64,000 nt of DNA, from IMG/VR virus record IMGVR_UViG_3300045988_114753; one strand, 5' to 3'. The notes under the pieces were generated by a model. The model saw only the letters and a program-made list of their open reading frames with translations, had not been told where the DNA came from and searched no databases. The translations under genes were made by a program, and so were the position numbers. Shown here piece after piece: positions 63,607-64,000 of this stretch (position 1 is its first letter; each line of letters opens with the position of its first letter). The DNA comes from a virus.

Positions 63607-63898
63607 CGAATTGCAAACTCTTGACTCTATATCTAGTGAAGCATTTCAGGTATTTGGTATGGTTAAGTCATACGAGCAACGTGGCGAAGATATATTGGTT
63701 GTTTGCTCGACATCACGAGTGGCTGAAGCCTTATTCAAAAATTATGCTAAGGATAGGCTAGGTAATAAAATGAACGTTAGTGGCAGATGGATTGAAATAG
63801 AGCCCAATAAAGGCAAAATATATTTTAAACCATTAAGTAGTCTACGCACGTGGTTACCTGGTCGCAGGTTTAAGAAAATATATTTTAGAGAGGACTGA
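63593..63898 (+). CDS. hypothetical protein
   Basis: Track ORF. The start is uncertain (63563 or 63593). Confidence 0.5.
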   Translation: MALFNELQTLDSISSEAFQVFGMVKSYEQRGEDILVVCSTSRVAEALFKNYAKDRLGNKMNVSGRWIEIEPNKGKIYFKPLSSLRTWLPGRRFKKIYFRED

Positions 63899-63902
63899 TA
63901 TT

Positions 63903-64000
63903 ATGGAAGAAAAGGTTAAAGTGTTAAAAGAACAGATATACGCCCGACTTCGTGGAGAGGCACCTAAGGTACAAGTCCAGCTTGGTGGTAGAAGTTCAGG
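63903..64000 (+). CDS. hypothetical protein, 3'-partial at window edge
   Basis: GAGAGGA RBS plus ATG; open to the end of the window. Confidence 0.4.
   Translation, partial: MEEKVKVLKEQIYARLRGEAPKVQVQLGGRSS

Overview
AT-rich segment of a large virulent-type phage genome. Strong AGGAGG Shine-Dalgarno sites and anaerobic NrdD/NrdG suggest an anaerobic Firmicute-like host. There are four blocks. (1) 1-20.1 kb, + strand: replication and nucleotide-metabolism module. It holds primase-helicase, PD-(D/E)XK nuclease, Pol III alpha, RNA ligase, DEDD exonuclease, Tdk, a ThyX-like protein, a Pol-beta nucleotidyltransferase, a phosphoesterase, NrdD/NrdG and Dut. It is interrupted at 4.6-6.8 kb by four paralogous cassettes, two of which sit behind unusual G8-9 homopolymer plus hairpin leaders. 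(2) 20.6-28.7 kb, - strand: tRNA island with 18 canonical tRNAs that I could fold by eye, freestanding HNH homing endonucleases, HAD phosphatases and several non-canonical structured RNAs. The most interesting item is at 24785-25222. Four tandem RNA units share a covarying bulged closing helix. Two of them carry a circularly permuted tRNA-like domain (capped acceptor stem, D arm, T arm, no anticodon loop), resembling YrlA-type Y RNAs. They lie between a sigma-A-like promoter and an orphan 685-aa ORF. (3) 28.9-60.1 kb, - strand: about 85 tightly tiled, mostly small acidic early-type ORFs. Recognisable products are a P-loop kinase/HD protein, a radical-SAM enzyme, a six-member paralog family with an invariant N-terminal FETNSSSTH motif, a tyrosine recombinase, HNH endonucleases and a PcfJ-like/SprT-like pair. 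A roughly 55-bp promoter-leader repeat recurs nine times in this block. (4) 60.1-62.9 kb: divergent-transcription and non-coding region with GC-rich GGCGAAC iterons, a 111-nt G-free tract and CTTAAG-centred palindromes. It is a likely origin or terminus region, followed by the start of a new + strand module. No rRNA and no CRISPR array were seen. All functional calls rest on motifs read by eye; no database search was possible.
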